Shown piece after piece: positions 1 through 11,660 of a DNA stretch of 64,000 nt. Position 1 is the stretch's first letter. Each line of letters begins with the position of its first letter. The notes under the pieces were generated by a model, which ran no database searches, was not told the DNA's origin, and worked only from the letters and a program-made list of their open reading frames with translations. This DNA comes from Octopus sinensis (taxonomy: Eukaryota): contig NW_021833726.1 of assembly GCF_006345805.1 (NCBI RefSeq), forward strand, positions 1 to 64,000, written 5' to 3'. Made by a program: the position numbers and the translations under genes.

Positions 1-10
1 TATATATATA

Positions 11-210
11 TCTATGTTTGTGTTTGTCCCAATAGCATTGCTTGACAACCGATGCTGGTGTGTTACGTCCCCGTTACTTAGCGGTTCGGCAAAAGAGACT
101 GATAGAATAAGTACTGGGCTTACAAAAGAATAAGTTCCGGGGTTGAGTTGCTCGATTAAAGGCGGTGCTCCAGCATGGCTGCAGTCAAATGACTGAAACA
201 AGTAAAAGAG
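11..210 (+). mobile_element. SINE, 3' part (octopus-type)
   Basis: Body CTTAGCGGTTCGGCAAAAGAGACTGATAGAATAAGTAC and tail GGTGCTCCAGCATGGCTGCAGTCAAATGACTGAAACAAGTAAAAG; recurs at 14808, 24445(-), 26317(-), 28508(-) and 53745. Confidence 0.85.
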
Positions 211-797
211 AAGTGATATTACCCGCTGTCAATCAAGCTGCCATTCTTTTGAGAATCATGAAATGATCTGCCGTATCATAATATTCCAAATGTTGAAAAA
301 GTAAGATCTTAATTTAACTGGAATAATGTCTAAAGATATCAGAAGAATGTATAAAGATGACTGTAACACCTTGATTAATTATATCACCGTAAAAACCAGC
401 ATTGATCCAGTGTTACTAATATAAATTACTAATGCAAATCAATCACGAACACAAATCTCAAATTAACAACGTACAAATACAATTTCAGTGTCCTGTCAAA
501 TTTCACTGTTCAGTGTTTTGTTGATTTACACTGGAGTTGGCTGTTTATTTCGTGGCTAATTCAGTTGAAATGCCCTGAATGATTTCTTACTTAAAACTGT
601 TTTATATCTAATTATCTGCTGATGTTACAAGACTTAGAGATTCTATTCCCGGCATCATAGTTCTTCTGAAAAAATGTCATAACTTACTCCTCATCCATTA
701 CGTTTCATTGTTTATAATCTCTGATTAACAAGGTCAACGGTTTACCTGGACATCGTATATGGCATATAGTATATTACATATAGTCTAAGACCTCACA

Positions 798-1450
798 TAT
801 TGGTTTAAAATTATGACATAAAGCCAGCAATTACGGGGAAAGGGGCTACATCGGTACATCGATTCCAATACTCAGCTGGTACTTGTTTTATCCCCGATAG
901 GATGAAAGGTGAAGTTGACCTTGGTGGAATTTGAAGTCAACGTAAAGATGACGAAATACCTCTAAGTATTTTACCCGGCCTGCTAACGATTCTTCATAAG
1001 GCCTCAGATATTGGTTTCATATTTTGGCACAAGGCCAGCAACTTCGAGGTAGCGGATAAGTCGATTACATCGACCGCCAGTGCTCAATTAGTACTTATTT
1101 TATCGATCCCTAAAGGGATGAAAGGTAAAGTCGATGACGGTGCAATTTGAACTCAGAACGTAAAGACGGAGGAATTGCCGCTCAGCATTTTGTCCGGGGT
1201 GCTAACGATTCTTTTCTACTCTTGGCACAAGGCCCGAACTTTTTGGGGAGGGTCCAATCGATTAGATCGACCACAGAACGCAACTGGCATTTAATTTATC
1301 GATCCCGAAAGGATGAATGGCAAAGTCGACCTCGGCGGAATTTGAACTCAGAGTGTAAAGACAGACGAAATACCGCTAAGTATTTCGCCTAACGTGCTAA
1401 CGTTTCTGTCAGCTCACCGCCTTGGGGTGCTAACGATTCTGCCAAGTTGC
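798..1450 (-). mobile_element. Three head-to-tail tRNA/CORE-type SINE copies plus a head fragment
   Basis: Copies at about 798-993, 1008-1213 and 1221-1421. Each is the reverse complement of the box A/box B head (GGCGAGCTGGCAGAA..GAGTTCAAATTCC) and the CORE-like GTCGACTTTGCCTTTCATCCTTTCGGGGTCGATAAA..AGTACCAG. Confidence 0.85.
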
Positions 1451-1838
1451 TATCTTCATAAGACCTGAGATATTAACAGATCAAAAAGTTATGAAAATAA
1501 AAAGGCAAACTAAAACCTTAAATATTTGACACATTGGCCTTTTAAGTCTCCTGGCATTCACTTGTTATGCACTTGTTAACAAACAAACAAACAAGAAAAA
1601 ACAACGGATAAAAACAAAATAATAAAAGAGGACTCTAGCATCACGCGCAAATTATGCAAACATTGCAATGAAATAGAAAACCACCACTTCGATTATGGGT
1701 GCTCAACTCTTGCAAAGGCAAAGGCAGGATGTAATCGAGTCGGTGGATACATCCATTATGTATTATGTTGACGACTAGACGTTAAAACGGAGAATTGGAA
1801 TAAACGTATTATACAAGTTGTCAACCATCTCACTGTAT

Positions 1839-2042
1839 CGGCGAGCTGGCAAAATCGTCAGCATGCCAGACGGCAATTTGTCCGGCTTTATGCTCTGAGT
1901 CCAAATGCCGCTGAGATCGAATTTATCTTTCATCCCTTTCGGGAACGATAAAATAAGTACCAGTTGAGCACTGGGTTCGATGCAATCGACTTACTCACTT
2001 CCTTGAAAACGCTGGCCTTGTACCAAATTTGAAGCCAATATC
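1839..2042 (+). mobile_element. tRNA/CORE-type SINE
   Basis: GGCGAGCTGGCAAAATCG head, CATCCCTTTCGGGAACGATAAAATAAGTACCAG core, GGCCTTGTACCAAA..AGCCAATA tail. Confidence 0.8.
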
Positions 2043-2841
2043 AATTATAGGTATTGTCATTTTACTTCTTATAATTTCTCAAATCTACACGAGGAGATTT
2101 GAGAAATTTCAAAGACTAAAATGACATGTGGGTGGAATTAGGAGCCGTCTTCAGAAATTAATGATCTTATTTTGTAATTTCTTCTAGCACAGAATTCTGT
2201 AACCTGAGTTCTGCAACGCGGGCTACACTTATCAAATACTCTTCACACCGAATAAATAAAACACTAAAAACCAATCAAATATATCCTTCAAGAAAATAAA
2301 ACCTGTTCAGAATACAAATAACATTCATCAAACCAAAAAAGATAATGTTCACACCTCAGGAGCTGGAAATTGCACCTATACAGGTATTAGAAATTCGCAT
2401 CAATCTTTCAAATATACGACTGCAATACTAATTCACTGGCGGAATCGGTACCACACCAGACAAAAACCATAGTGGCATTTCTTCTAGCTTTTGCACCCTG
2501 CGTTCAAATGTCACCACGGTCAACTTTGCACTTCATTCTTTGGGATCAATAAAACAAGTGCCAGCCGAGCATTAGAATCGATATTTTCGATTAACCCCGT
2601 CCCCCACTTGCCTTTCTCACAAAATTTCAGATTTGGGCCCATAGTAGAATGCATATTGGTATATTTTTAAACTATTAAAAATGATGCACAAATACTAACT
2701 CTAATCTCAGAACTGCCAGAATTCTTCGCAGGGTTCTTGAAGTATGACCAGTAAACAAATGTCACCTTAGTCTGCTGACTGTGGACAGCTGACACTTTCC
2801 ATCATACCCAGCAAAATAAGCTGTGAGTTTTTAACACATCG

Positions 2842-2952
2842 TTTCTGAAATTTAGGGGGGGGCAGTCGATTATATCGACCCCAGTGTGTCACTGGTACTT
2901 AATTTATCAACTATCGAGTAAACAAAGCAAAGTCGATTTCAGTGGAATAATG

Positions 2953-3028
<76 letters not shown>

Positions 3029-3338
3029 GACGAAGAAGAAGAAGAAGAAGAAGAAGAAGAAGAAGAAGAGAAGAAGAAGAAGAAGAGAAGAAGAAGAAGA
3101 AGAAGAAGAAGAAGAAGAAGAAGAAGAAGAAGAAGAAGAAGAAGAATCATTTCTGAAATTTAGGGGGGGGGCAGTCGATTATATCGACCCCAGTGTGTCA
3201 CTGGTACTTAATTTATCAACTATCGAGTAAACAAAAAGCAAAGTCGATTTCAGTGGAATTTGAACTCAGAACCTGAAGACAGACGAAATACTGCTAAGCA
3301 TTTCGCCCGGCGTGCTAACGATTCTACCAGAACTCTGC
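2842..3338 (-). mobile_element. SINE interrupted by a compound microsatellite with a ~107-bp duplication
   Basis: SINE head at 3260-3338; core segment present twice (2842-2948 and 3150-3259). Confidence 0.85.
2949..3146. repeat. Compound (AAT)n(AAG)n microsatellite
   Basis: Directly visible. Confidence 0.98.
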
Positions 3339-3380
3339 CTTAATAACAACAACAACAACAATAACAATAATAATAATAAA

Positions 3381-4160
3381 AAGAGAGAGTACCTGCGGCG
3401 AGTGAGAAAAATATTGGCTTCAAAGCTGAATGCCAGAAACATAATTTCGGCAATAAACTCGCGCGCAGTCGCAGTAGTTCGGTATGGCGCTGGAATCCTG
3501 GAGTGGAGAGAAGAGGAACTAAAGGAGATGGAGAGCAAGTCGAGAAAGCTCCTAAGGATCCATGGAGCCCATCATCCACGTGAAGACACTGGTCGTTTAT
3601 ACATGAAAAGAACAAATGGAGGAATGGGACTGATAAGTGTGGAAGACTGCGTACGTATTGAACTCGAGAGATTACTGAGATATCAAACCCTAAGTAAGGA
3701 AACCTTACTAATGTCAGTTAGGAGCGAGGACGTATTGAAAGCAGAGAAAAAAGGGAAAACAAAGAAAGAGGTACAAAAAGGACATGAAGAAGAATTACGC
3801 AAGAAGGGACTAAACAATCAATTCCATGTACCCACAACAGAAGTTTCTGGAAAAAATAGGTGGGATTGGCTGATAAAAAGAACCCTAAATAAAGAGACCG
3901 AAAGCACTATACTGGCAGCGCAGGACTTAGCTCTGGCCACGAGCTGAAGGGTCAACCTGAAGAATGAGAAAGTCTCTCCGCTGTGTCGCATGCCCCTTTG
4001 AACCACAAATAATTAAGAAGGAAGGCGAAAAGATAGATAGATACACCACTCTTAAGTACGAAATAGTCAGGTTATAGAAATTGAAGAAAGAGAAAATAGT
4101 ACCAATTATTGTTGGATCCTTCGGAATAGTATGAAAAGGCATCAAGAGGAATATAAAAAA
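3381..4160 (+). mobile_element. R4/Dong-clade non-LTR retrotransposon fragment (RT C-terminus to RLE end, internally deleted)
   Basis: ORF EYLRRVRKILASKLN..AINSRAV..HHPREDTGRLYMKRTNGGMGLISVEDC..ETESTILAAQD, then CPFEPQIIKKEGEKIDRYTTLKYEI and IVPIIVGSFG; preceded by (AAC/AAT)n. Confidence 0.85.
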
Positions 4161-5105
4161 AGATTCTACCAAGAACTTGGCAAAAATAAAATAGACATCA
4201 ATGCAACAACAACAGCAGAAGTGGAAGAATTTTGGAAAGAAATATGGTCGGCGAAGGGACAACTTCAGAAAAGGTCTATCAAAACATGGAACTCAGCGCC
4301 TGAACAACTCTGGACCCCTACTGCAACTGAGAAGGTCACCCAGGCACTGCAAACACTAAGCAACTGGAGGGCATCGGGCACGATAAGAACCCCAGCTTCA
4401 GCTTAAAATATCTGACAGGAACACAGGAAAGCTGGCTGAGAAATTTAATGACATACTAGCATGGCCAGAAACAATGCCTGAATGGCTCTCGAAAGGGAAA
4501 ACTATCCTAATTTCCAAATCCTCTGAAACAGCAAACCCACAAAATTACAGACCAATAACTTGTCTCCCTACAATTTACAAAGCATTTACTGCAATAATGT
4601 TGCAGAGAATGAGCAAGCATCTGGAAGAAAACAACATGTTTCCAGAAGAGGGGAAGGGATGCTGCAAGGTTTCATGCGACTATAAAGATCAACTAACGAT
4701 CAATAAAACCATAACTGAAGACAGCCGCGGATCGGTTACCGAAAGGCTTTTTAACAGTATTCCCAACACATGGATCCTAGAAACACTAACCATGAACAAG
4801 GTAGCACCAATAATCATAAAATATATAACGCACTCTATGAATAAATGGCAGATAGTGCTACAGCTTCAAACAAAAATGGGACTCATAAAAACCAAAGCCA
4901 TCCCAAATTAGAAGAGGAATATTCCAGGAAGACGGGCTCTCTCCATTCCTTTTCTGCTTGGCACTGACACCTTTATCTGACATGCTAAACAGAATACAGT
5001 AGCCATAAGAGCATCACAGTAAACCACAGCACATACCCAAGGCACACAGAGCTGCACTCAGTAGTACAGTGGAAGCATGTTATAAAAATATGAGTACTGA
5101 ATAAT
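4160..5105 (+). mobile_element. R4/Dong-clade fragment (RT N-terminal motifs joined to the 3'UTR)
   Basis: PEWLSKGKTILISK..NYRPITCLPTIYK..EEGKGC and degenerate GIFQ.DGLSPFLFCLALTPLS; 4995-5105 matches the 3'UTR at 34300-34415(-). Confidence 0.85.
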
Positions 5106-5116
5106 GTAGTATGAAG

Positions 5117-5655
5117 CAGTGGTCCTCATGGCTTTTGATTTTAACTGTTGTTATGTAAATGTTTTGCCTTAGTGTAAAAAAACAAAACACGGGCTACAGC
5201 AAATATTCTGCTCAATACCAGAGATTTACTTGTCAGTTGCTTGACCTTAACCAGTTGAGCATGTCCTTTGTTGGCTGACGATATGTGCATCTCTGATCAT
5301 GAGCAGAAGTAGTGGGGGAGCAAACGTAGCCAATGTGCCGAGAAGGGTTCTTTGGAGTTAGAATATTTCACCTTTGGAAACATTCATCATCCTTAAAACA
5401 ACCCTTTATTCAAGGACCTTTTGAGCAGGATGGGCTACTCAACCTGAAGAAAACTCTAACTGGGCCCCACCTGCTAGATCATGCGCTGCATATCTTGATA
5501 TGACATCACCATGTTGCGCACATATGGTTGTGATATTGTACCCTTATTAGATGGGTAGTCTAATAATGGCTGTTGTACCCTTTTAAGATGGGTAGTCAAG
5601 ATGGGTATATTGGGCTTTGTATATTTGTACCGGCATGCGTTGCTCTCTCACTCAA
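5117..5655 (+). mobile_element. ~540-bp non-coding retroposon ending in CTCTCTCACTCAA followed by (TAA)-type repeats
   Basis: Three copies in the window (5117-5655 +, 33709-34208 -, 59901-60380 -); this copy is followed by (GAT)n(AAT)n. Confidence 0.8.
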
Positions 5656-5832
<177 letters not shown>

Positions 5833-6292
5833 CCACGGATGCCTGTTCAGACTGACAAGGAGATCAAGGTAAACCGTACAGAAATAATTATAAACAACTG
5901 GAACAGCTCTTCATAATTATTTCCTATATACTAAGTTCTATGATATACATCTTGGTCCTCTCTATATCCAATATTTGCAACGAAGACATTGAAGAGGCAT
6001 TTGAAGTACAAAAGAATTTAAATAGAATTATGTAGAAAGTAGAATATGAAAGTAAATATACTGTAAAATATGACAAGATATGTGGTGTAATTCACAATCG
6101 CGTATTTGGCAATTTTGACTCACAGTCCACTTTTACAGAACCCATCCGACAATCATATGCACAGTTACCAACCGATAAAATTCAACATTACCTTCACAGC
6201 CAGAGAATCATACCAATAATAAAACTTAACATTAAATTTGAAATCTTTCTGAAGTGACTTTACACATTGTTATTTAATATTCTTAATTAAAA

Positions 6293-6706
6293 GGTGGCGA
6301 GCTGGCAGAAACGTTAGCACGCCGGGCGAAATGCGTAGCCGTATTTCGTCTGTCGTTACGCTGTGAGTTCAAATTCCGCCGAGGTCGACCTTGCCTTTCA
6401 TCCTTTCGGGGTCGGTTAAATAAATACCAGTTACGCACTGGGGTCGATATAATCGACTTAATCCGTTTGTCTGTCCATGTTTGTCCTCTATGTTTTTAGC
6501 CCATTGAGGGTAGTAAAGAAATAGGTATTTCATCTGTCCTTATATTTCGAGTTAAAATTCTGCCGGGGTCGACTTTGCCTTTCATCCTTTAGGGGTTGAC
6601 AAATTAAGTACCAATTGCGTCCTGGGGGTCGATCTAATCGACTGGCCCCCTCCCTAAAAATTTAGGGCCTTTTTCCTAGAGAAGAAAAGAATATTCTTGA
6701 TTAAAT
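6293..6706 (+). mobile_element. Dimeric tRNA/CORE-type SINE
   Basis: Well-preserved head GGTGGCGAGCTGGCAGAAACGTTAGCACGCCGGGCG..GAGTTCAAATTCC and two core domains (about 6380 and 6565). Confidence 0.9.
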
Positions 6707-7299
6707 TTTGTTTGATATGGAACAGTTGTAAAAATATCTTGGTGGGTGAGCGAAAGGGATCGGTTGGAGAGCCAAGTCATTTGTGGGGGATGTGGTGGCC
6801 TTGATGACTAGTTGCTTTTAATAGTGGTCATCCGTAGCATCACCGTTCTTTGTGTATAGCAAGATATTGATTTTCTCTTTTACTTTTTAACCGATCAGTC
6901 AGTCCACTCGGTCAAGCAGTGCAGATTATACAGAATCGTATCACACAATTACAAATACAACCACACAAATACCCCGAGCGTAGCGACTAATATTCTCTGG
7001 ACGACTACCACCGAATACAATACAATCCCAAGCTTTACGTATTCCATGCAATCAACACCCGACACAAAAAACAAACAACAGTTCAAAATAATACAGCACA
7101 AAGAGGAGAGTTACTGAAAAATCATCGGAAACAACGAAACAAATGCACATCAGAAGAAAAGCATTAATGCAGTACACGCCACAAAAATGTACACCCGGGG
7201 TAAAATATAAACCCGTATAATCATTGTACAATGATAATATATACAACGATAAACCAATGTAGGTATTGCGCGCACATTGTTGAGTAAAATTCATTTCAC

Positions 7300-8494
7300 T
7301 GCCCCACTCGCTTTACGAATGTAATGCGTTCCTGGAAATCTGGCGTAACGCGAAATCCCGTAATGCGAAATTCATTTTCCTATTGATTTTCATATTTTCA
7401 AGTGAGATTGCTTTCTTATAGACTCTAATGAAAAAATGAATAATTAAAAAGCACAAGAAAGCAGAGAAAAAGTAACATGATCATCTTTATATACGAAAAT
7501 AATTATTTCTAAATATACGCATAACAAAATACAAATACATAAAGACACAAAAACACTTAAAGAGGAATAAGTTAGGGGATTAATGAGGATCATAATATCG
7601 TAAGAGTACTACGTCCTTACCACAAAAGATGTTGACTACTGAGTGAGGGATGGTGGTAGAATGAGAATTAGTAGGAGGATGAGGGACAATATTTTCTATC
7701 TTATTGTTGTTCATTATCACGAATGCCAGCTTGAAGGTTGAAGCACACATCTGGAATTATTTGTTGTTTACGACGCATCGTCTCTTTGTACAGTTCAGTA
7801 GAGGAACTGAGCTTATAGCAAACTCCTTGCATTTTACATTAGCAACTTGGATCGTTATCAAGTTTTAAAACTTGGTTTCGATTTTTCTTCTCAAGAAATA
7901 AAAGTTCTAGCAGGCATACGCTTCCAGAAAAGTATACCTGCTCAGGTGTGTAACCCACTTTCAAGCAAGCATTTTCTTTAATTATCCAGGATGAATTGTA
8001 ACAACCTCTACATCAACACTCGCTGATTCACTAATCATTTTATGTTGTGAAAGTTCATGTGTTTTTTAAACTTGCCTTTACAAGTCAAAAAAGGTTTTCC
8101 ATTAGAAGTTTCACCTTCCAATTTCTGCAAATCCTTATTTAAACTTTTAACTCTTTTTTCTGAATTATCATCGTGTTTATTGGAACAATGCACTGATTTT
8201 GATCCTCAATTCAAAGTTCGTTCCATTTAAGGTTTCCGTTTGATTCTTGGGAAAATAAGGTCCGGACAGTCAAGGGAGTAGCTTCTTCAGCACTCGACAT
8301 AATTTTCTCTCTGTTGTCACATATTGTTCCCACTGTAGACATTCAATACTTAACGCTTTTGCAATAAAACTTACTTTTACTTCCACATCAAATCTTTCTG
8401 AAACATCAAATCTTTCTGATCCAGTGTAATCCTTTTTACTGTTCCGTTTCCCAGGTCAGCCTTCAGTTCTACTTCATAGATTCTTTCGAGTCAT
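7300..8494 (-). mobile_element. Degenerate Tigger/pogo DNA transposon
   Basis: Manual minus-strand translation across frameshifts: KRITLDQK (CENP-B-like HTH), IEDQNQCIVPINTMIIQKK, KFKKHMNFHNIK.ISESASVD, FWKRMPARTFIS, matching Tigger-type transposase; subterminal CGTAACGCGAAA/CGTAATGCGAAA motifs at about 7345-7375. Confidence 0.75.
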
Positions 8495-8729
8495 CGTAAA
8501 TTGAAAGCAAATCCAACAGCCGCGGCGGCAATCAATTATCCACAACAAATAAAGAAAATTGGCCCAGATTTACTTTGTGAGAGGAGAAAATTGACTTATC
8601 GCTATTGATGAGAATGTGATGAGAAGGGGAAGGACTGAAGGAGAGGAGGAAGTACTATATGATTACTGTTAACTGAAGGGGCACCAGACTTTGTAGACAA
8701 TTCACCCCTTGAACTTCAGAGTTCAGACT

Positions 8730-8766
<37 letters not shown>

Positions 8767-9114
8767 ACACACACACACACATTCATATATACACTCTCTT
8801 ACCAGTTGGATTCAAAAGTTAATGGGTCGCATTGGTTTAGGTGTTAGTGTCAGTGGTCAGGTATTGGTGGTGTTGTAGTGGTTATATTGTTCTTGCTAAT
8901 TGTATTGTTGTGGCTGTTTAGTCACGAGTCGATCGTCGTTGATCGAAGACCAAACACGTTTCATTCAACTTTTAAAATGCATTCAGATATCGATTATATA
9001 TTTTTAAAAACTGAAATGGATTTCTTTCTTTTCTTCATACTACGTATTACTACTGGGGTTGTGTTGGAGGTTGACGATAGAAACACACATGCATACTTAA
9101 ACACACACATTCAT

Positions 9115-9193
9115 TCATATATATGTAATATATATATATATTATATTATATATTATATAATTATATATAATTATATATATATATTATATATAT

Positions 9194-9245
<52 letters not shown>
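9115..9245. repeat. (TA)n microsatellite
   Basis: Directly visible. Confidence 0.95.
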
Positions 9246-9248
<3 letters not shown>

Positions 9249-10574
9249 TATTTACATTATATATGCATATGTTATACTTGTGCCTGTGTGTGTGTGTGTA
9301 ATGTGATGATAGTTTTTCAAATCGTAAACGATATCCTTTTATCTTAACTAAAACGCATATGGTCATTGAGCTAAAAAGAAAGTGTAGTTTTAAACTACGC
9401 CATGCGAGTTTCTGTAAGAGCGAAAATTACAGACCGCATTCCGAAATTAATGGTCATATTTTACAAAATTCCGTGAACGCGAAGCCCTGTAAGCTGAGAA
9501 TAGCCGTAACGCAGGGGATGTCTGCATATGCGTGCATACATGCCTCTGTGTGCGTGCATGCATGTTTATTTGTAAGCATACACGTGTATGCATATTTGTG
9601 TTTTCTAGTGAAAAGTGCGCTTTTATATAATGTGTCAGTCGTGAATTGACATTCATATAATCCGATTCCTCAACATGTGGAATTAGCTAAAGCAACCGCA
9701 AGGTATGAAGGAATTTTGAGATTTACCAAAATGCAGACACATTAACACACACACACGCACACGAACACATACACACAGATAGACATTAGCACTTGTATTT
9801 AGTTCTATTACATTTTGTATTGAGCTTAATTTATCGTAACGGGACATAACCAACAGTAACGGTTTTAAAACGGCGAAACCGTAAACCGAGACAACTAACG
9901 TATGCACATATAGAAACATTATAGCTTAACGATGTTTATATTTACAAACATTGTATAAACTCTTAAATCTTATTCAAACACGAATGAACGCAAAACATGA
10001 AAGAAATGATGGGGAAAAACATTAACATATTGTCTGTAGATACATAACAAAGTATGAACTATTAAACTCAATATCTTTATATATTCCTCTTCATCAGGAG
10101 AAAACAGAATATGGTTTCAAGTTCAAATTTATCCATTATTTTCTCTTGATGAAGAGGTATTAACTTCAAAATATAGAAAATTAAGATGAACTGCGAACTG
10201 CTGGTCTGCCTTCTGCACTTCCAATTTCACTCATACATTTCAATTTGCGTTGTATTGGGTTTTGAACAATTTCAATTCAAAAGTTTGAAATCTCCATACA
10301 TTTAAATTTTTTTTAATACTTTTAGAGAAAACAAACTTTAGACAGCGTACAAACATTTAAAGTGAAATATATGCATGTTTATTGTGTTTTGTCAGTGTGA
10401 TTGTTCACGAGGCTTCACTATTAAATGTGTGTGTGTGTGCGTGTGTTTGTGTGCGTGTGATATTTTGTATGTTCAGTATTTCTAACTTTTTGTGTTTGTA
10501 TGTATATGGGGGAGGGGTGTCATTCCTTAAGATGACTCTCATAAGCATATAAACGCAAAAATTGGATTCACTGG

Positions 10575-11050
10575 ACAAAGGTATTTGGCGCCGCCGATAT
10601 TTGAGCAGGAAGACAAACGTTCGGGTCTTCAATTCTCAGGTCCTTACTGCCTGGCTCTTTAGTTGTGAGACTTGGGGCCATTAGGAGGCACCCGAGCTCT
10701 CTTGGTAATAGAACGCTTCGCAAGATTACGAGTTATCTTTGATCGGATTTCATAACCGAACCAACTATTTTACTCAGAAACTGGGGCGTTAGATTAAGAC
10801 TGGTTGTTCATGTTACTCGGTTTTCCGTGCTGGAAATAGAGAGTGCTCTATTCTCTGAGGATCCTACTGGGATGACGGCTCGTGTTGATCGGCCACATGT
10901 CACGGGGTCGAAGCGGATGGACAAATATCTCGCAGAGATGGGGACAGACTGGGACACTGCTTGGTGGGTTAACCGAGACAACCCGAAAAAACATCGACAA
11001 ATGGTGAATACGCCGACGCGCTGCAACGGTGCATATCCCAATCAATAGCA
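10575..11050 (+). mobile_element. RTE-clade LINE 3' end remnant
   Basis: RYLSRKTNVRVFNSQVLTAWLFSCETW, then SALFSEDPTG..RPHVT..MDKYLAEMG.DW..AW..NRDNPK, typical of the RTE post-RT region. Confidence 0.7.
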
Positions 11051-11388
11051 GATCATTTATTTCTGCAGATCAGTGTGTTTCTATGCGATCGAGCTGTTTC
11101 CACTTACCTCCCAGCTAAAGATGAGAGAGAGAGAGGGAGGGAGGATGAAAATATTGATTTTTCTAGGTTGATGAAATAAGGAAAATATTCCAAATATTCC
11201 TGAGTTCAGAAATGTACTTGAATTGATTTATTTCAGTCCTTCTGATTCTTTATGATTCATGCTAAGAATCTCACAAAGCATATATTATTTAACTGAGGAT
11301 GAGCCGTCAAAAGCACAAATATACAAAATTAACCTATCCACTATGGAAATAGCTTAATTTATAACTGCTTTGAATATTTTTGCAGTGA

Positions 11389-11660
11389 TGTGAGTTACGA
11401 CGCCCTCTTGCGAGAAATAGACTGAACTGAGCGATTACAAATAGTAGCGGTGGGAGTGAAGTTTGTGTGTTTGTTCGAGTTGAGTTGGCAGTGAAGCCGG
11501 AAGGTGTCGGTTGGTTAGTTCATTATTTGTTTGTTGGTTCGTGAAGAGATTGTTGGATCGTTACGTTGTCATCACGACTGCATCGTTATCTTGTTCACTG
11601 TTAAAAGACTGGTGCAGTGTATCTAAACCATCCGTCACAATATCGTGGCGGTTCCACGAT
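11389..11660 (+). mobile_element. Probable Gypsy-type LTR plus primer-binding site
   Basis: TGTGAG start, CGCCCTCT motif, end ..CATCCGTCACA (11639), then TGGCGGTTCCAC (11646-11657), 11/12 complementary to the tRNA-Gln 3' end as recalled. Confidence 0.5.

Noticed and set aside
6293-6400. tRNA genes at SINE heads
   Set aside because: Box A/B-like motifs continue into SINE bodies, and no complete cloverleaf is evident.
11293-11320. CTGAGGA-TGA GCCG TCA hairpin
   Set aside because: GAAA box and stems I and III are missing.
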